DNA of 64,000 bases, from positions 21,461 through 85,460 of the forward strand of contig JALMLS010000011.1 in the NCBI GenBank assembly GCA_038496445.1. The letters are read 5' to 3'. Each line of letters starts with the position of its first letter. Positions within the stretch are counted from its first letter, which is position 1. Below are positions 50,663-62,217 of the stretch, in pieces. The position numbers and the translations under genes were made by a program. Origin of the DNA: Trichosphaerium sp. ATCC 40318 (Eukaryota > Protista > Tubulinea). Below the pieces are notes generated by a model, which saw only the letters and a list, made by a program, of their open reading frames with translations, ran no database searches and was not told where the DNA came from.

Positions 50663-51355
50663 TCATAAATTATAAATGTGTTGCTTAACTAATTTACCGT
50701 TGACATAAGTGCATTGCTTAAATAATTTACCCGTACAGTACCACTGCGAGAACTTTCCATGTCGTCTATCATTAGCATAATGGCAAAGAATTGCTAACTT
50801 ACCATTGGCATGCCACTCCTTAAACTCTCCATCCCTTTTTCCATCAACATAAAAACAAATCGTCATTAATTTCCCATTCAGGTGCCACTCCTTATACTCT
50901 CCTTCCTTTTTACCATTGATATAATTACAAACTCTCTTTAATTGACCACGTGAAAACCACTCCTTTTTCTCTCCCTCTATCTGACCTTTTGAATAAGTAG
51001 CAAGCTCAGTCATCTTACCCCAGTAGGACCAACACTTAAACTCTCCATCAAGTTTGCCATCAATGTAGTTACACACGCTTATCAACTGAAGCTTGTCTAA
51101 ATATGGATAGTACCACTTCTTATGCTCTCCGTGAGGAACACCATGTTTCCAACAAGTTTGCTCGACTACTTTTGACTGTTTTAGTATACTTCTTCTTTTA
51201 AGCCATTTGCTGTGCTTGTTCAAGTTGACATCAAACCTTGTTGTACTTGCTGCTTGTTTTGATAGAAGAGGCCACTGTAGATAAAGATTAACGTCTAAAT
51301 CGATAATATCAAGCTGTAGCTCAAGTGGTAGGTGTAACAGAAAGCATGTATTCAT
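50663..51355 (-). CDS. F-box-like + MORN-variant repeat protein, intronless (paralog of 39711-40247)
   Basis: LLHLPLELQLDIIDLDVNLYLQWPLLSK...TTRFD, then about 6 repeats of YxxGKxxGExKEWxxNGKL. Confidence 0.85.
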   Translation of the reverse strand: MNTCFLLHLPLELQLDIIDLDVNLYLQWPLLSKQAASTTRFDVNLNKHSKWLKRRSILKQSKVVEQTCWKHGVPHGEHKKWYYPYLDKLQLISVCNYIDGKLDGEFKCWSYWGKMTELATYSKGQIEGEKKEWFSRGQLKRVCNYINGKKEGEYKEWHLNGKLMTICFYVDGKRDGEFKEWHANGKLAILCHYANDRRHGKFSQWYCTGKLFKQCTYVNGKLVKQHIYNL

Positions 51356-52044
51356 CTACTCGTGTTAATTGAGAAAGTGATTGTTTAAAAGAAAGCATAC
51401 AATATGTACCTTTACTGTAGATTAAAGAGAAAGAACAACTATAATAGTATCAAAAAACGTTCTTTTATGTCTATTTGATTGAGGCAAGTACTCACCAATG
51501 TAGTGCTAACTAACGTGTTATCTAAGGATTGAATTGTTTTGTTTTGATCACTAGTGAGAGCAAGTCAACTGGCTTCAAAGCTTTTAAGCCACTATAACTT
51601 GATTTGCTTCGAATTGACATCTTAGCAAGAATGCATACCTAGTTTGTTTTGGAACAATTCCAGGACTGGCAAACAGCTTACCAAACAAAACAATGGAATT
51701 TCTCGTTGAGCAGAAAGCTAAGTGATCGTGTAGGTGGCATACTCACCAGGACTGTTTTACCATAAACACTTATTGTGGAGTTCTCGCAAGTGTTCAGCTT
51801 CTTTTCAACTTTGCCATTGACAAGACAAAAAGAAAGATTCAAACAACTTCTAAAACAGACTACCCTGTGGAACGAACCACTAATAATCTGGTACAACGAA
51901 TTGTAAAAGCGATATTGAACAAAAGAACCTGTAAAAGAACAAGAATATACAAATAACAGCATGTTACTTAAGTAAACCTTTATAAAGCCTGTTACAACAC
52001 AGCTTCTTCAACAAAATGAACCGTGTTCTCAGTTTTTTCTAAGT

Positions 52045-52778
52045 TTAGTAGCGGCGCTTGTCTTCCTTATTGTTCCCATCTTTTTCCAATTCTCGTAGCA
52101 ATTTGTTGAGCTCCTTGACCTTATTTACCATCTTCAAGTGTTTTTCTTCATCTCTAGGAGTATCTCGCAGCGCAATCTGAATCCACTCAAGGTGTTTATG
52201 CAAAACCACAAGATTATTCCTAAAATATGTTAGATTTACACTAGATCAATGAGCGCTTACAAGAATTGTTCCAGTATTTCCACGATCTTCAAGCTGTCCT
52301 CAAAGTAGTCATATTTCATAGCTACCCGAAGCATGGTGTTGTTTAAATGAACAATCTCATAAAATGTTGAAAAGGTGTATTTTAGATTGTCATTGAATAA
52401 GTCTTCGATGTTGCTACATCTTGCATGCTCGTAATGACTCCTGATACAACCAACAGCAATGTAAGTGCTGTCTATGAAAGTTTCTGTTACTCTTAGAGTT
52501 GCTGTAACTGGCCTGAGGGATTTTCTGGGGCATTGAAATACATATTTCCTATCAGGTTCGGAGATTTTAATAGAGTACTGGTATGCTTGTACATAGCGAT
52601 GGTTTGTTCGAAATAGTGGATTAATTTCATCAATTATGACTTTGTTTATTGCCGCTTGTGTTTTTATACTATTTAGTGCCCTTGTTTTATCCATCAGTTC
52701 ATTCCTACGTGTATTCATTTTGTCGTAGTTGAAATACTTTTCCTGACCATCTCTCAGAGATTGATTAAGCTTAGACAT
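52045..52778 (-). CDS. Hypothetical protein, paralog A of a head-to-head pair (2 exons)
   Basis: Exon 1 ends ...IEDLFNDNL...LNNTMLRVAMKY...LEQFL| at a gtaagc donor; exon 2 ...PRDEEKH...LLRELEKD...RRY*. Confidence 0.7.
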
Positions 52779-52864
52779 CAAGTGTTTAAGACGTTCAACA
52801 GAAATATGTGACTCAATATCTCTCAGAGAAAAAACGACTTAACTCATGATGATCAACACTACTC

Positions 52865-53546
52865 ATGGACAACCTAACGCTACTAAAAAAAATTACTGCC
52901 CTTGCTGCTATTAATTCAGACATATACAGTGAGATTTCAGAAATTATGCAAAAAAGCTACAACATATGCACAGAGCATACTCTATACATCGATGTTGCCA
53001 AAAAGAATTCTAATTGGCATACAAACCAGCCAACGGACCCAAAGTTGGGCACCACAAACGATTTAACTATTTATCTCCACACAGGCAAACTACTTGCGTC
53101 CAAGCGCTCAATTGTGTCCTCCGTACAATTATCAAAACTACATGACATAGAAGACTTATTCAATGATAAATTGGACTACTCTTGCTCTTGTCGTCGCCAC
53201 TATATCACTAAGCTCAATACCATCAAAGATCTAAACAACGCCATGCTCCGTGTTGCTAAAAAGTACAGTATCTTTGGAAACAGTACAAAGGCTGCCACTG
53301 CACTGCGTCAATTTTTGTACGTCCACTTTTTGCTCATTATGTTAAATACCTGAAGTAGCTTGTAGGGATAATTTTGAGCTCATTCAAGTTTACTTGGGCT
53401 CGATTCACGAAAAGTTACAAAACGCCAAGCCAGATGAAGAAAAACATGCTCGATTTGAAAGAAATGCAATAAAGTTTGTAAAGCTTCTCCAGGAGCTAGA
53501 AGCTGATGATGTAAAAGTAGAGGTGTTTACGAAACAACTTTATTAA
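52865..53546 (+). CDS. Hypothetical protein, paralog B of a head-to-head pair (2 exons)
   Basis: Exon 1 ...IEDLFNDKL...LNNAMLRVAKKY...LRQFL| at a gtacgt donor; exon 2 ...KPDEEKH...LLQELEAD...LY*. The intron position matches paralog A. Confidence 0.7.
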
Positions 53547-54099
53547 ACAGTTCCCATTAACTGGCTGTTCTGGTCTCAAGTCATAAACTGTTTTATTGTT
53601 TGTCTCATTCAAGTTTTACTTTTATTTTTTGGAAACTTTTTAGCAATAATTGACACTTCTGTCAAAAGGTGTAGATCTACCGCAATGTGAACTATTGCGA
53701 AATAATGCTTTCCTGAATAGTTTGGCTTACGTAACTTAAGTGTAGCATTTGAACCTCCTGAATTACCGTCAAGACATTGAGTGTTTCTCTTTTGGTAAGA
53801 GTAGTATCCATTTCCTCGAGAAATCTCAACCCATTGCTGGTTTACATCATTTTTGATTGTATGCACCACTGCTTGGTACACGTTGACACATTGTTTTTTA
53901 AGGAAATGCACATAATATTATGCCTTCAAAGTCGAAAATATTTACTGTGACAGTTCCTGTACAATCTAACAGAAACACCCTTGATTTAAGGTTAACTGGA
54001 AACATTTTATTGAAGCCAATTGTGTTTGCCTCACAGGTACGCTACAGCATCACTGCCTATTTATTTTAACATCAACCAAAAAGGGTGCTAATACAAATG

Positions 54100-54900
54100 G
54101 AAAATTGACAGCTTCAGTACGCACCTCAACTGTCACTACATATCCAATCAACGTCACTATTTAATCCTCTTACATGTAACTTTGTATTAGGCAGAAGCGG
54201 ACCATCACCTTCTCCAGCACCTTCAAACAATATTTTTACTCTTCAAAAAGGAAACTCACTTTTCTATGCTCTTGATGCTCAACACGTTCTTTAGCTAAAG
54301 GAGAAGGCACAAAAGATAAAAAGCATCTTACCAGGGAAGTTTATTGTGGAACTACCATAGTCCATTGTCAATCGCAATGGGTAGTAAAAAGGAGCATTAC
54401 CCTGCAAAGACAAGTTAGTTGTTGTGATAGTAATTTAAATTGTATTTCAGTGTACCCTGTTAAACATCTTTACAGTAACTCTTAGCTGACCACCGCTTAC
54501 GGAAGTTGTAACTGATTGAATGTAGAACTTATATCCCACTGATAGCGCAGCCTATAACCAACACATTTAGTAAGTAAGAGGTCTAATCAGCTCTAGTATA
54601 GTATTTGAATTATTATGTATCCAAGGAATACTCAAAGAGCCTCCATTAATGAGTACAACGCAAGTGTTTGTAGCAGTCTCTATGCTCTCTACCAAGTCTT
54701 GTTGCGATCCAGGTAATCCTAACACCTTTCTATCACGTTCTAGATATATATTTAGATTAAAATAATGCCGTGCCTGCAGAAGGGTACCTGGAACTGCAAG
54801 CAACATTGTTCTTACAATAGCTGAAAAAGTGTTTATTGTAAGTAGTACGACAACCAAGAAGGATGAGTTGCATCAACAATTATTGAAACCTTGAGGATCG
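54100..54900 (-). pseudogene. Decayed GH3 C-terminal-domain fragment
   Basis: RDRKVLGLPGSQQDLVESI...VVLINGGSLSIPW parallels [16 protein letters not shown]...VALIN|GGSI of the intact GH3 at 6.8-10.3 kb. Flanks contain stops and no catalytic barrel was seen. Confidence 0.6.
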
Positions 54901-55200
54901 GCGCTGGCAAAATATGTTGCAAAATTCTTTTTACAGTTTTATCAAGCATATAAGTAATCCTTGAGTACCTTGTGTTAAATTTAACGTTTTTATTTATTTT
55001 TGATTGAATCTTGTGGACAACTGAGCACTAGACTGTATGAGACTTTCCTGCGTGTCTTTAAAGGCGAATAAGCCAATTTTAAAGTGTTGCATATTTTTAG
55101 TGAATCTTACAAATATATTCACCGCTTTTTGATTGTTTGGTATATACTTTGCCTGGCAAGCAAAACTGTTGCCATAAAAATTGTTAGCTGTACAGAAAAA

Positions 55201-55701
55201 CTAACCATAGCCTAGCATCACTGTAATCTGGTGGGCATCAGTCAATGCCTTGATGTGCTCTTTTGTCATACCAGAAAATGAGATAGTATGTACACCTGCA
55301 ATTACCTTTAAACCTTCATCTGTAACATTTGTCATTGACAAATCGATTTTATGTACACCTGCTAAAGCTTTGATGCCTTCATCTGTTATTGATTGGCAGT
55401 CCAATAGGTTAATAGTGTGTATGCCCGAAAGTAGCTGCAGATGCTTGTTCTTTGTATCATAGTTACAAAGAAAGATAGCTGTGTTCTTCAGTAAAGGACT
55501 TCCAGAAAGAATTTTCACTTCGGTTTCGCTCTTGACACTGATTTCGCCATAGCCAATGAACTTGTGAATGATATCTCGTAATAAGCAGCACGTTTGCGCT
55601 GCAAGGAGTGTAAATGTTCCTTGATTGAGGATATGAACTATTACTTCTACTGGAAGCGCTACAAGCTCGATTGGGGTATATTCCGTGTATTCCCTGTTCA
55701 T
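55201..55701 (-). CDS. F-box + leucine-rich-repeat protein, intronless (possibly truncated)
   Basis: LVALPVEVIVHIL...AAQTCCLLR, then LRRs LSGIHTINLLDCQSITDEGIKAL / AGVHKIDLSMTNVTDEGLKVI. Confidence 0.78.
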   Translation of the reverse strand: MNREYTEYTPIELVALPVEVIVHILNQGTFTLLAAQTCCLLRDIIHKFIGYGEISVKSETEVKILSGSPLLKNTAIFLCNYDTKNKHLQLLSGIHTINLLDCQSITDEGIKALAGVHKIDLSMTNVTDEGLKVIAGVHTISFSGMTKEHIKALTDAHQITVMLGYG

Positions 55702-56362
55702 TTTGTTAAAACAGGTTAGCCGTTTATCGTTGGTACGCTTTTGATTATTGTATGCCTGTTGAGATACAATAAAGCTATTTGTTGCAGTTGAAATGTGTAT
55801 GCTTGACTTCCCTAGAATTAGCAACCATTTATGTTGCATGTTCACTACTTTTTTATCAAAGCTTGAGATAATGACTAGACGGACAGTCTCCAGAGACAGA
55901 CTTAGTCTTCAACGGTACCTAATATATGGTCTTGCTGTTAGAACGTTTAGTGGTCGTAATAGAATTGCGGTTGAAGCACATAGCGCAGGAATAAAGTTTT
56001 TAAGAGCCAAGCCATTAGAAAGCAATCACTGCATGTTTCAGTTTCCCATGTTTTTCTTACTTACCTTGTTGTTTTTGCTGATACACATCCACTTGTACAG
56101 CGAAGTGGTCTTGAACGTCTTCTTCCTTGCACTTGCAAAGATCTAACTGTACATATTCTTCACTAAAATGCAAAACAAAAAAAATATCACGTGATCTGAA
56201 ACAGATTAGCCTACCAAAATCATACCATTCATTACTAGTACTTATCCACATCTATCGCCTAGAACTCTAAACTTCGTCGACTGTTCTTTCGAAAGCAAAT
56301 AATAAAACGGTAAGCTCATGTTTAAAACGACTATCTAATGCGATTTAGGATATAGATAAACA

Positions 56363-58072
56363 ATGTCTGAAGTGAAAAGCTTGCGTATTTATGACGAACC
56401 ACCCATAAATCATATTCAACAGCTTCCAGATGACATGCTAGCGTTACTACTGTTCGTTTTTAGCGACCCAGTGCGTGTTCCTATCATAATGAAGCGAACT
56501 TGCCATAGATTCCGCAAATACATCCAACACCTTCCCGACAGCTTCTTTGTCTTACTTTGCAAGCGGTTAAACATATATTTGATGTTCCCATTTTATAAAA
56601 ACCAAACAATACGGGAGTTTTGGTTTGATTACGTTCCAGTACACTTTAAATACACCGCATACCATCCAGAGAACTTCGCAATTGAAAGCACAGCATTTGG
56701 CACACTAGTTTCTAGCATCAGCAGGCTTATGATAAGGGGTTTTGTTTGGTCACCAGAAGCCTTGTTATTACTTCAAACAAGCGCTGAATCATACATAATA
56801 AAGCAATTCACGTGGTTTTCTGAAACGGCAGAATGTATCAAAGATGTAGATGTTGAGAATTTGACCCTACAAAGATCTCAATTAGAACGGCATTCAAGAA
56901 GTACTGCTATTAACTGGGATAGCTGTCAGGAATTCTGCAGTGTTTTTGGCGTTGAGTATAGTAACGAAAATGCAAAGGAAGATGAGGTATATGTATGTAG
57001 TGACCAAGAGGACGAAGAAGATGAGGTTGACCTGTACCAAGATGATTGTTATGTTTTAAAAGATGGATCAAACCAGTTTGCTTATGAAAGGTTCAGTAAT
57101 ATCACAGGATTGATTCAACACGCTCCACGTCATTTAACCAAGAAACTAAAGAAACTAGAAAAGATTCATGGAAATAGTATTTATACAAATGTTGATGTAT
57201 TTGGTATGACACCTTTACATGTTGCAGCTGATAGGGCTGAGGTGAGTGCTAGTGGTGAGGTATATAGTAAAATCTACAGCACTGTGAAAAAACACCAAAT
57301 CGACTTTAACCTTAGAGATAACTTTGGCAAAACAGTATTGATGTACATAGGGGAGGATTTATCAATAGACAACATTGATACATGTGAATCCTTTGATTTT
57401 AACCTTAGAGATAATAGAGGATGGTCTTTTCTGCACTATAGTCCCAGATATGATATATTAGTTAATGGATTGCACTTGTTTGATATTGATATATTTTGGA
57501 TGTGGTTTATTAGAGAGGATTATGAATTGCTACTTGATGAAGCAATTATTCCTTATTGGGAAAACCTCAATATTTTTGAACCTGATGAAGATGGACGGAC
57601 CATTGCTTTTAAGATTGCAGAGGTTGATGACAAACATCAAACATTAGAGTACGGTGAATTTTCTAAAATCATTTGCAAACACAAAAACTTCATACCTAAC
57701 CACCAAGATATTCTTGGTGACACTGCGCTCATTGCTGCTTGCAAAAGTTTTAATCCTCAAATGATTTTCCAGCTTGTTATGTCTGGTGTTGATGCTACAA
57801 TAAAGAATCATGAAGGCAAGACTGCCCTTGATTATATTTTGGATTGGCAGAAGTGTGATCCCTCTGAAGTAGATGAAGCGTTAGCTAATAGTGATGATGC
57901 TATTGATAAGGAAATAATAAATGCTCTCACAACTGGTGTTGTGTCAAAACAAGCTCTTTACTATATGTCCTTACTAGATGAGCAAGGTACCAATGCAGCA
58001 CCTTGGAGCTATGAACTTTCAAGGTATTTGTTGGTAAAGAAGATGGGCTTAAAATCGAGGCATCAACATTGA
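56363..58072 (+). CDS. F-box + histone-H3-like fold + acidic linker + ankyrin repeats, intronless
   Basis: IQQLPDDML...MKRTCHRFR (F-box); aa ~105-180 resemble the H3 core; DQEDEEDEVD acidic tract; ankyrin starts DVFGMTPLHVAA, DNFGKTVLMY, DNRGWSFLHY, DILGDTALIAAC, NHEGKTALDY. Confidence 0.8.
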   Translation: MSEVKSLRIYDEPPINHIQQLPDDMLALLLFVFSDPVRVPIIMKRTCHRFRKYIQHLPDSFFVLLCKRLNIYLMFPFYKNQTIREFWFDYVPVHFKYTAYHPENFAIESTAFGTLVSSISRLMIRGFVWSPEALLLLQTSAESYIIKQFTWFSETAECIKDVDVENLTLQRSQLERHSRSTAINWDSCQEFCSVFGVEYSNENAKEDEVYVCSDQEDEEDEVDLYQDDCYVLKDGSNQFAYERFSNITGLIQHAPRHLTKKLKKLEKIHGNSIYTNVDVFGMTPLHVAADRAEVSASGEVYSKIYSTVKKHQIDFNLRDNFGKTVLMYIGEDLSIDNIDTCESFDFNLRDNRGWSFLHYSPRYDILVNGLHLFDIDIFWMWFIREDYELLLDEAIIPYWENLNIFEPDEDGRTIAFKIAEVDDKHQTLEYGEFSKIICKHKNFIPNHQDILGDTALIAACKSFNPQMIFQLVMSGVDATIKNHEGKTALDYILDWQKCDPSEVDEALANSDDAIDKEIINALTTGVVSKQALYYMSLLDEQGTNAAPWSYELSRYLLVKKMGLKSRHQH

Positions 58073-58422
58073 TTGGATCGCCTCAGGACTACTAGTTGTG
58101 CGTTGTGTTATTTGCACCAGGTATCCTTATATGTTGAAGTCATTGTAATTCTTAAAATTTAATAAAAGTAACATACAGAATAATAGTTGAGTGAAAAAAC
58201 TAAAGCAGTTGTCAGAATAAAATCGACTGAGAATTTTTGCCAAAATAACTAAATACCTACATTCTCTCAAGTTGCTGCATTTATTTAACTACAAACACTG
58301 TAAATAATCTCTAAACAACTAAAACAATAGCAGAAGCGATACAGGTACTTACAAGCTTGTAACAGAGAATACCAATCACGTGCTTTCTAGGTCATGTTCA
58401 AAAAGGATTTTGAGTTATCCCT

Positions 58423-61400
58423 TCAGTTTGTTGAAGCGAATCGAGCCAAGTTTACTACAAAGGAAACATCCATTAATACTCAAGTTCAATGCCATTTTTA
58501 AAAAGAAGTACATACCAGTAGGATGGGTAAATTCTAAAGACTTTGGCACGTGAATCTATAAAAAAAAACAAGAAGTTAGCATACCATTGAAAACAAGCTA
58601 TCTGATAAAGCGTTCCGTTAAAAAGATGTAGTTGTAAAAACAAAGAACAGTATGAAAATGGACAACTCCAAGTGCAAGAGATGTGGGTTGATGGCGAACA
58701 CAAATGCTGGAACTCAAAGCACAGCGTACCTGGTGTTCTGGGTTTGATAAAACTATTGAGTTCATGTGAAGTATACTTTGTTCTACTAAGCTTGCGAATA
58801 ACTCACTAGATATTAGAATTTCTCTGTGTTTGCTTAGTTGTCCTGTAACACAAAAAGATATCGAATCATTCTTTATCATGTATCCAATACCTAAACAAAG
58901 TTAAACGGGTGGGAATAGTTTGTTGTGTTGAGAACAAAAAAAAGTCAGAAAAAAATGCGGAAAAAAAAAAGTCATACCAAACCCTCTAGTAACTACAGGT
59001 CCAAATCCAAAAGCACTTAAAGAAGGTGAACCACAATGACTAGAAGAAAGCTTCCAGTGACTTGATTTTTTGAAGTTAGGATCAGTAAACAGCTGAGGAA
59101 CCTCAATGTCTAAAAAAATCAATCGTGAGCCAAAACAAGAAACAAAACAATCCTGTTTTCTTACCTTCTCCTTTAGCTCGAAGTTCTTCCAGTATTTTAC
59201 CAAGACCAAATAAGTGCCTATCGACTCCCATACCCTTTAAGAAAAATTACATTGTACAAGGCTCCACAGAACAAAGAAAGTATTTTTGGTTTTTGATAAT
59301 TTCAATAAAGTTTCGTGCCTTCTTTGCTTTTCTCATGTACGCCACATGAGACTCAACAGCTTGTTTAAGCAGCGTTAATTGTGATGGTCTATTATCAAAA
59401 CCATAACTTAGAAGTGGTGCAAAAGAGCTTTTTACAAACTCTAAAGAAGCCAAACTACAGCTTCTTACAGTTTCAGTACGTCCATGGAAAAAAGTCCTTG
59501 TTGATGCCGACTCATACGTCCTAAGCACCATTACCTGTGAAAATCATGCTTCACTATGAGTAAAACTAGTACGTACGCGCAACAGTTACCAAACATCTTA
59601 TAGTAAGCCAATTGTATAGCAATTTGGATAAAGGCATCAGGAGACATTTTGTTTTCTTTTATCCATTTTCCACCAAATTTAGTAAACCTTAACATTGACG
59701 TTGCATTATTAAGAACGAGTTCTCTGTATTTAAGATATGCTGCTTTTATCGAGTCTTTGATATCTTCGGATAACTTGAATTGTAATCTCTCTGGGCGGTC
59801 TTGTTTTGCTGGAGGCTTTGTGTTTGGAACTTTTGAACCATATTTGCAACAGTGTTTATACATTGTATCAGCTAATCGAAGAGTTGATGTTCCATCAGCG
59901 GATGCGTGCTCCCATACCACACCAGCTTTGCCATTACGACATACTATGAGTTGATTTTTATCAAACCAACGGTTACTGCCATCACCTAAACGAACAAAAG
60001 TAAATATAAAGATAAATACAAAACAAGAGCATAAAACACGAAAACAGATCACTGTGCACGTGACAGTAAAAGGTGTTGATGTGCAATTAGTAGAATGATT
60101 TTTTAATAATAAATATTAGTTTTTGGTCAGTACCGTGAAGTGCAACACGACAGAGTTCCTCGACGTTTTGAGGTGTTTTATCATCAAGACAAAGTATGAT
60201 AAGAGCTGATTGTATAACCTTTAATATATCGGCATTCTTCTTACTATGCTCAATCAAATCTTCTCTTACAGTAGCCCATTGATCTCTTTCTTCAGATGTG
60301 AGTGTACCAATAGGAAGCTGAGTTTTTTGAGAACGAGCATCGGTTAAAATATACGACAAGCATCTATTTACAGAAGAAATATTATGAGCTTTGGTTTTGA
60401 GTTCTGTTAAATGTCTTACTGTTCTATGTACGATATAGAGCGTACAGATCCTTTATCTAATACACGCATACTGTAAAAGTTATCCTTATGTAACACGACC
60501 ACGTGTTTAGAGTCACAGTATTCATACTGCGTTGTTTTTGATCCGAAATCACGACCAATTGGTTCTTTCTGATACGTGATGAGGTGATCACGTTTCTTTC
60601 CAGGTACTCGAGAACATGCGAATAATCTTGGGTATTGACTCATACATAGAGGTGTACCACGTTCAGAATCAGGTGATAATGTTTTCGCTTCGATTTCTTG
60701 ACGGAATGTCAATGCGCCATGAAGAAGTCCTGCAGCTCGTGATACTTGATTTTGTTCCTCTACGATAGACGTTAACTTTAGTACTATAAATTGAGTAGTC
60801 TACGGTACCTGGACGAGGTTGATCTTCAAAAGTATAAAAGTAATTGACGTGTACACTAAAGCATCAAATAAGTTTAAGAGAAAAAAACAAACACTAAAGA
60901 ATCATGCTTTTCAAGGTTAGGTGAAGAGTGTAGAAGCTCAAAAGTTTATTCCCAGCAGAAGATACTGTGGTTACTCGATTGCAGGTCACAACACGTTGAT
61001 TCCAGGCAACTAAAGATAGAAAAAAAATAAAACTTAAAAAAACTTTCAAGAAAATAACAAATGAGTGAGTCTTTCTTCAGACTGAACCAAAGCGTTCAAC
61101 GCACCTAATGGGAGCTCTACCTTCACAATAACTATCATCCCACCAATCTTCAAGCCAGCTAGGACACCGAGTTTGGCTTTTTGCAACCAATTTTTTTTGA
61201 AGCTAAAAAGGGCGTTACAAGTTTATCCGGTATGCCTGTCGCTTATGGTACCATTTCTCCTACGCCTCCAGGCGCTATAAACTCATCTACAGCGGCTTTT
61301 GTCGTTATAAAGTCTTCTATCGTTGATAACGGTTTAACAGACTCCAAATACCTTTAATAATGTTACCGGAGCGCTTAGGAAGCGAAAAAAGCGATGATTG

Positions 61401-61689
61401 GGTGTTTGTGTCATCATGATGGGAATTCGCGTGTTGATGCCACGTACAGTTTACAAGTATCTTCTAACGAAGGTACTGGCAGTTTAGGCAAATCGCTTTG
61501 ATTAGAAAAGGTTCCCTGTAACGTCTCCTTCTTTTTTGGCTCTTTCTCTTCGCCACTACTCTGTGAAGAAGCGTCCTTGTTGTCTTGAACGTCCGTCCAA
61601 CCAAATACAGATCTTACTTCCTTTTTGTTGCCTATAACGCTATCGTTATAACCTGCGTATGTACTTAGATAAAATAACGCGTACGCCAT
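58423..61689 (-). CDS. Choline/carnitine O-acyltransferase family protein (multi-exon)
   Basis: QSDLPKLPVPSLEDT, PLCMSQY, NRWFDK, catalytic EHASADG, SPDAFIQIAIQLAYY, TYESASTRTFFHGRTETVRS, GFGPVV. Confidence 0.92.
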
Positions 61690-62217
61690 GCTATTCGCGG
61701 AGAGCTGACTTTTCTATTTCTGATAGTATTTTCGAACCGTTTATCCTTGTCCCTAGCGAATTATGGTAGCGCAAAGCAAGGTACAGTGAATTGTACCAAA
61801 ACGATAGTTCAAAGTCTTGTAAATCAGTTTGTGTGAGTGACCTTCGCACTAGAGCGTCTCGCTTTGCCATTTACCACAACTACTTCAATAAAAAAGCCAA
61901 AAAAAGCAGAATTCAGTCAACAGTATACTTGTGCACTATTTTTATACAAACCACCTTCTTTACGCGTAGAATAGTCTTGAGTCGGAAAAAGCTCAAAAAC
62001 TAAGGAAGAGGTTTTTCCCTTTAGCACGTGTGCGTGGCCTGATGACATAATGGCGTTTGCAGCGCGTATATCGCCCCCAAAGGCACCGAGAGCTTAGTTT
62101 ATTGGTAAATTGGGTACATATCACAACTGGGGCAAATGTTATTCCCTGCGACTCAATTTGGACCAAACTGTCTACAAATCTACTTCAACACAACAACGCC
62201 ACCACTTATCAATACAA

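Noticed and set aside
39711-51355. MORN-variant genes as YwqK-like antitoxins of the deamidase-like triplet
   Set aside because: They are not adjacent to the triplet, and MORN variants are generic repeats; nothing in the sequence links them.
38900-58100. Contiguous endogenous giant virus
   Set aside because: No capsid, polymerase B, packaging ATPase or other core genes, and virus-like genes alternate with intron-rich host genes.
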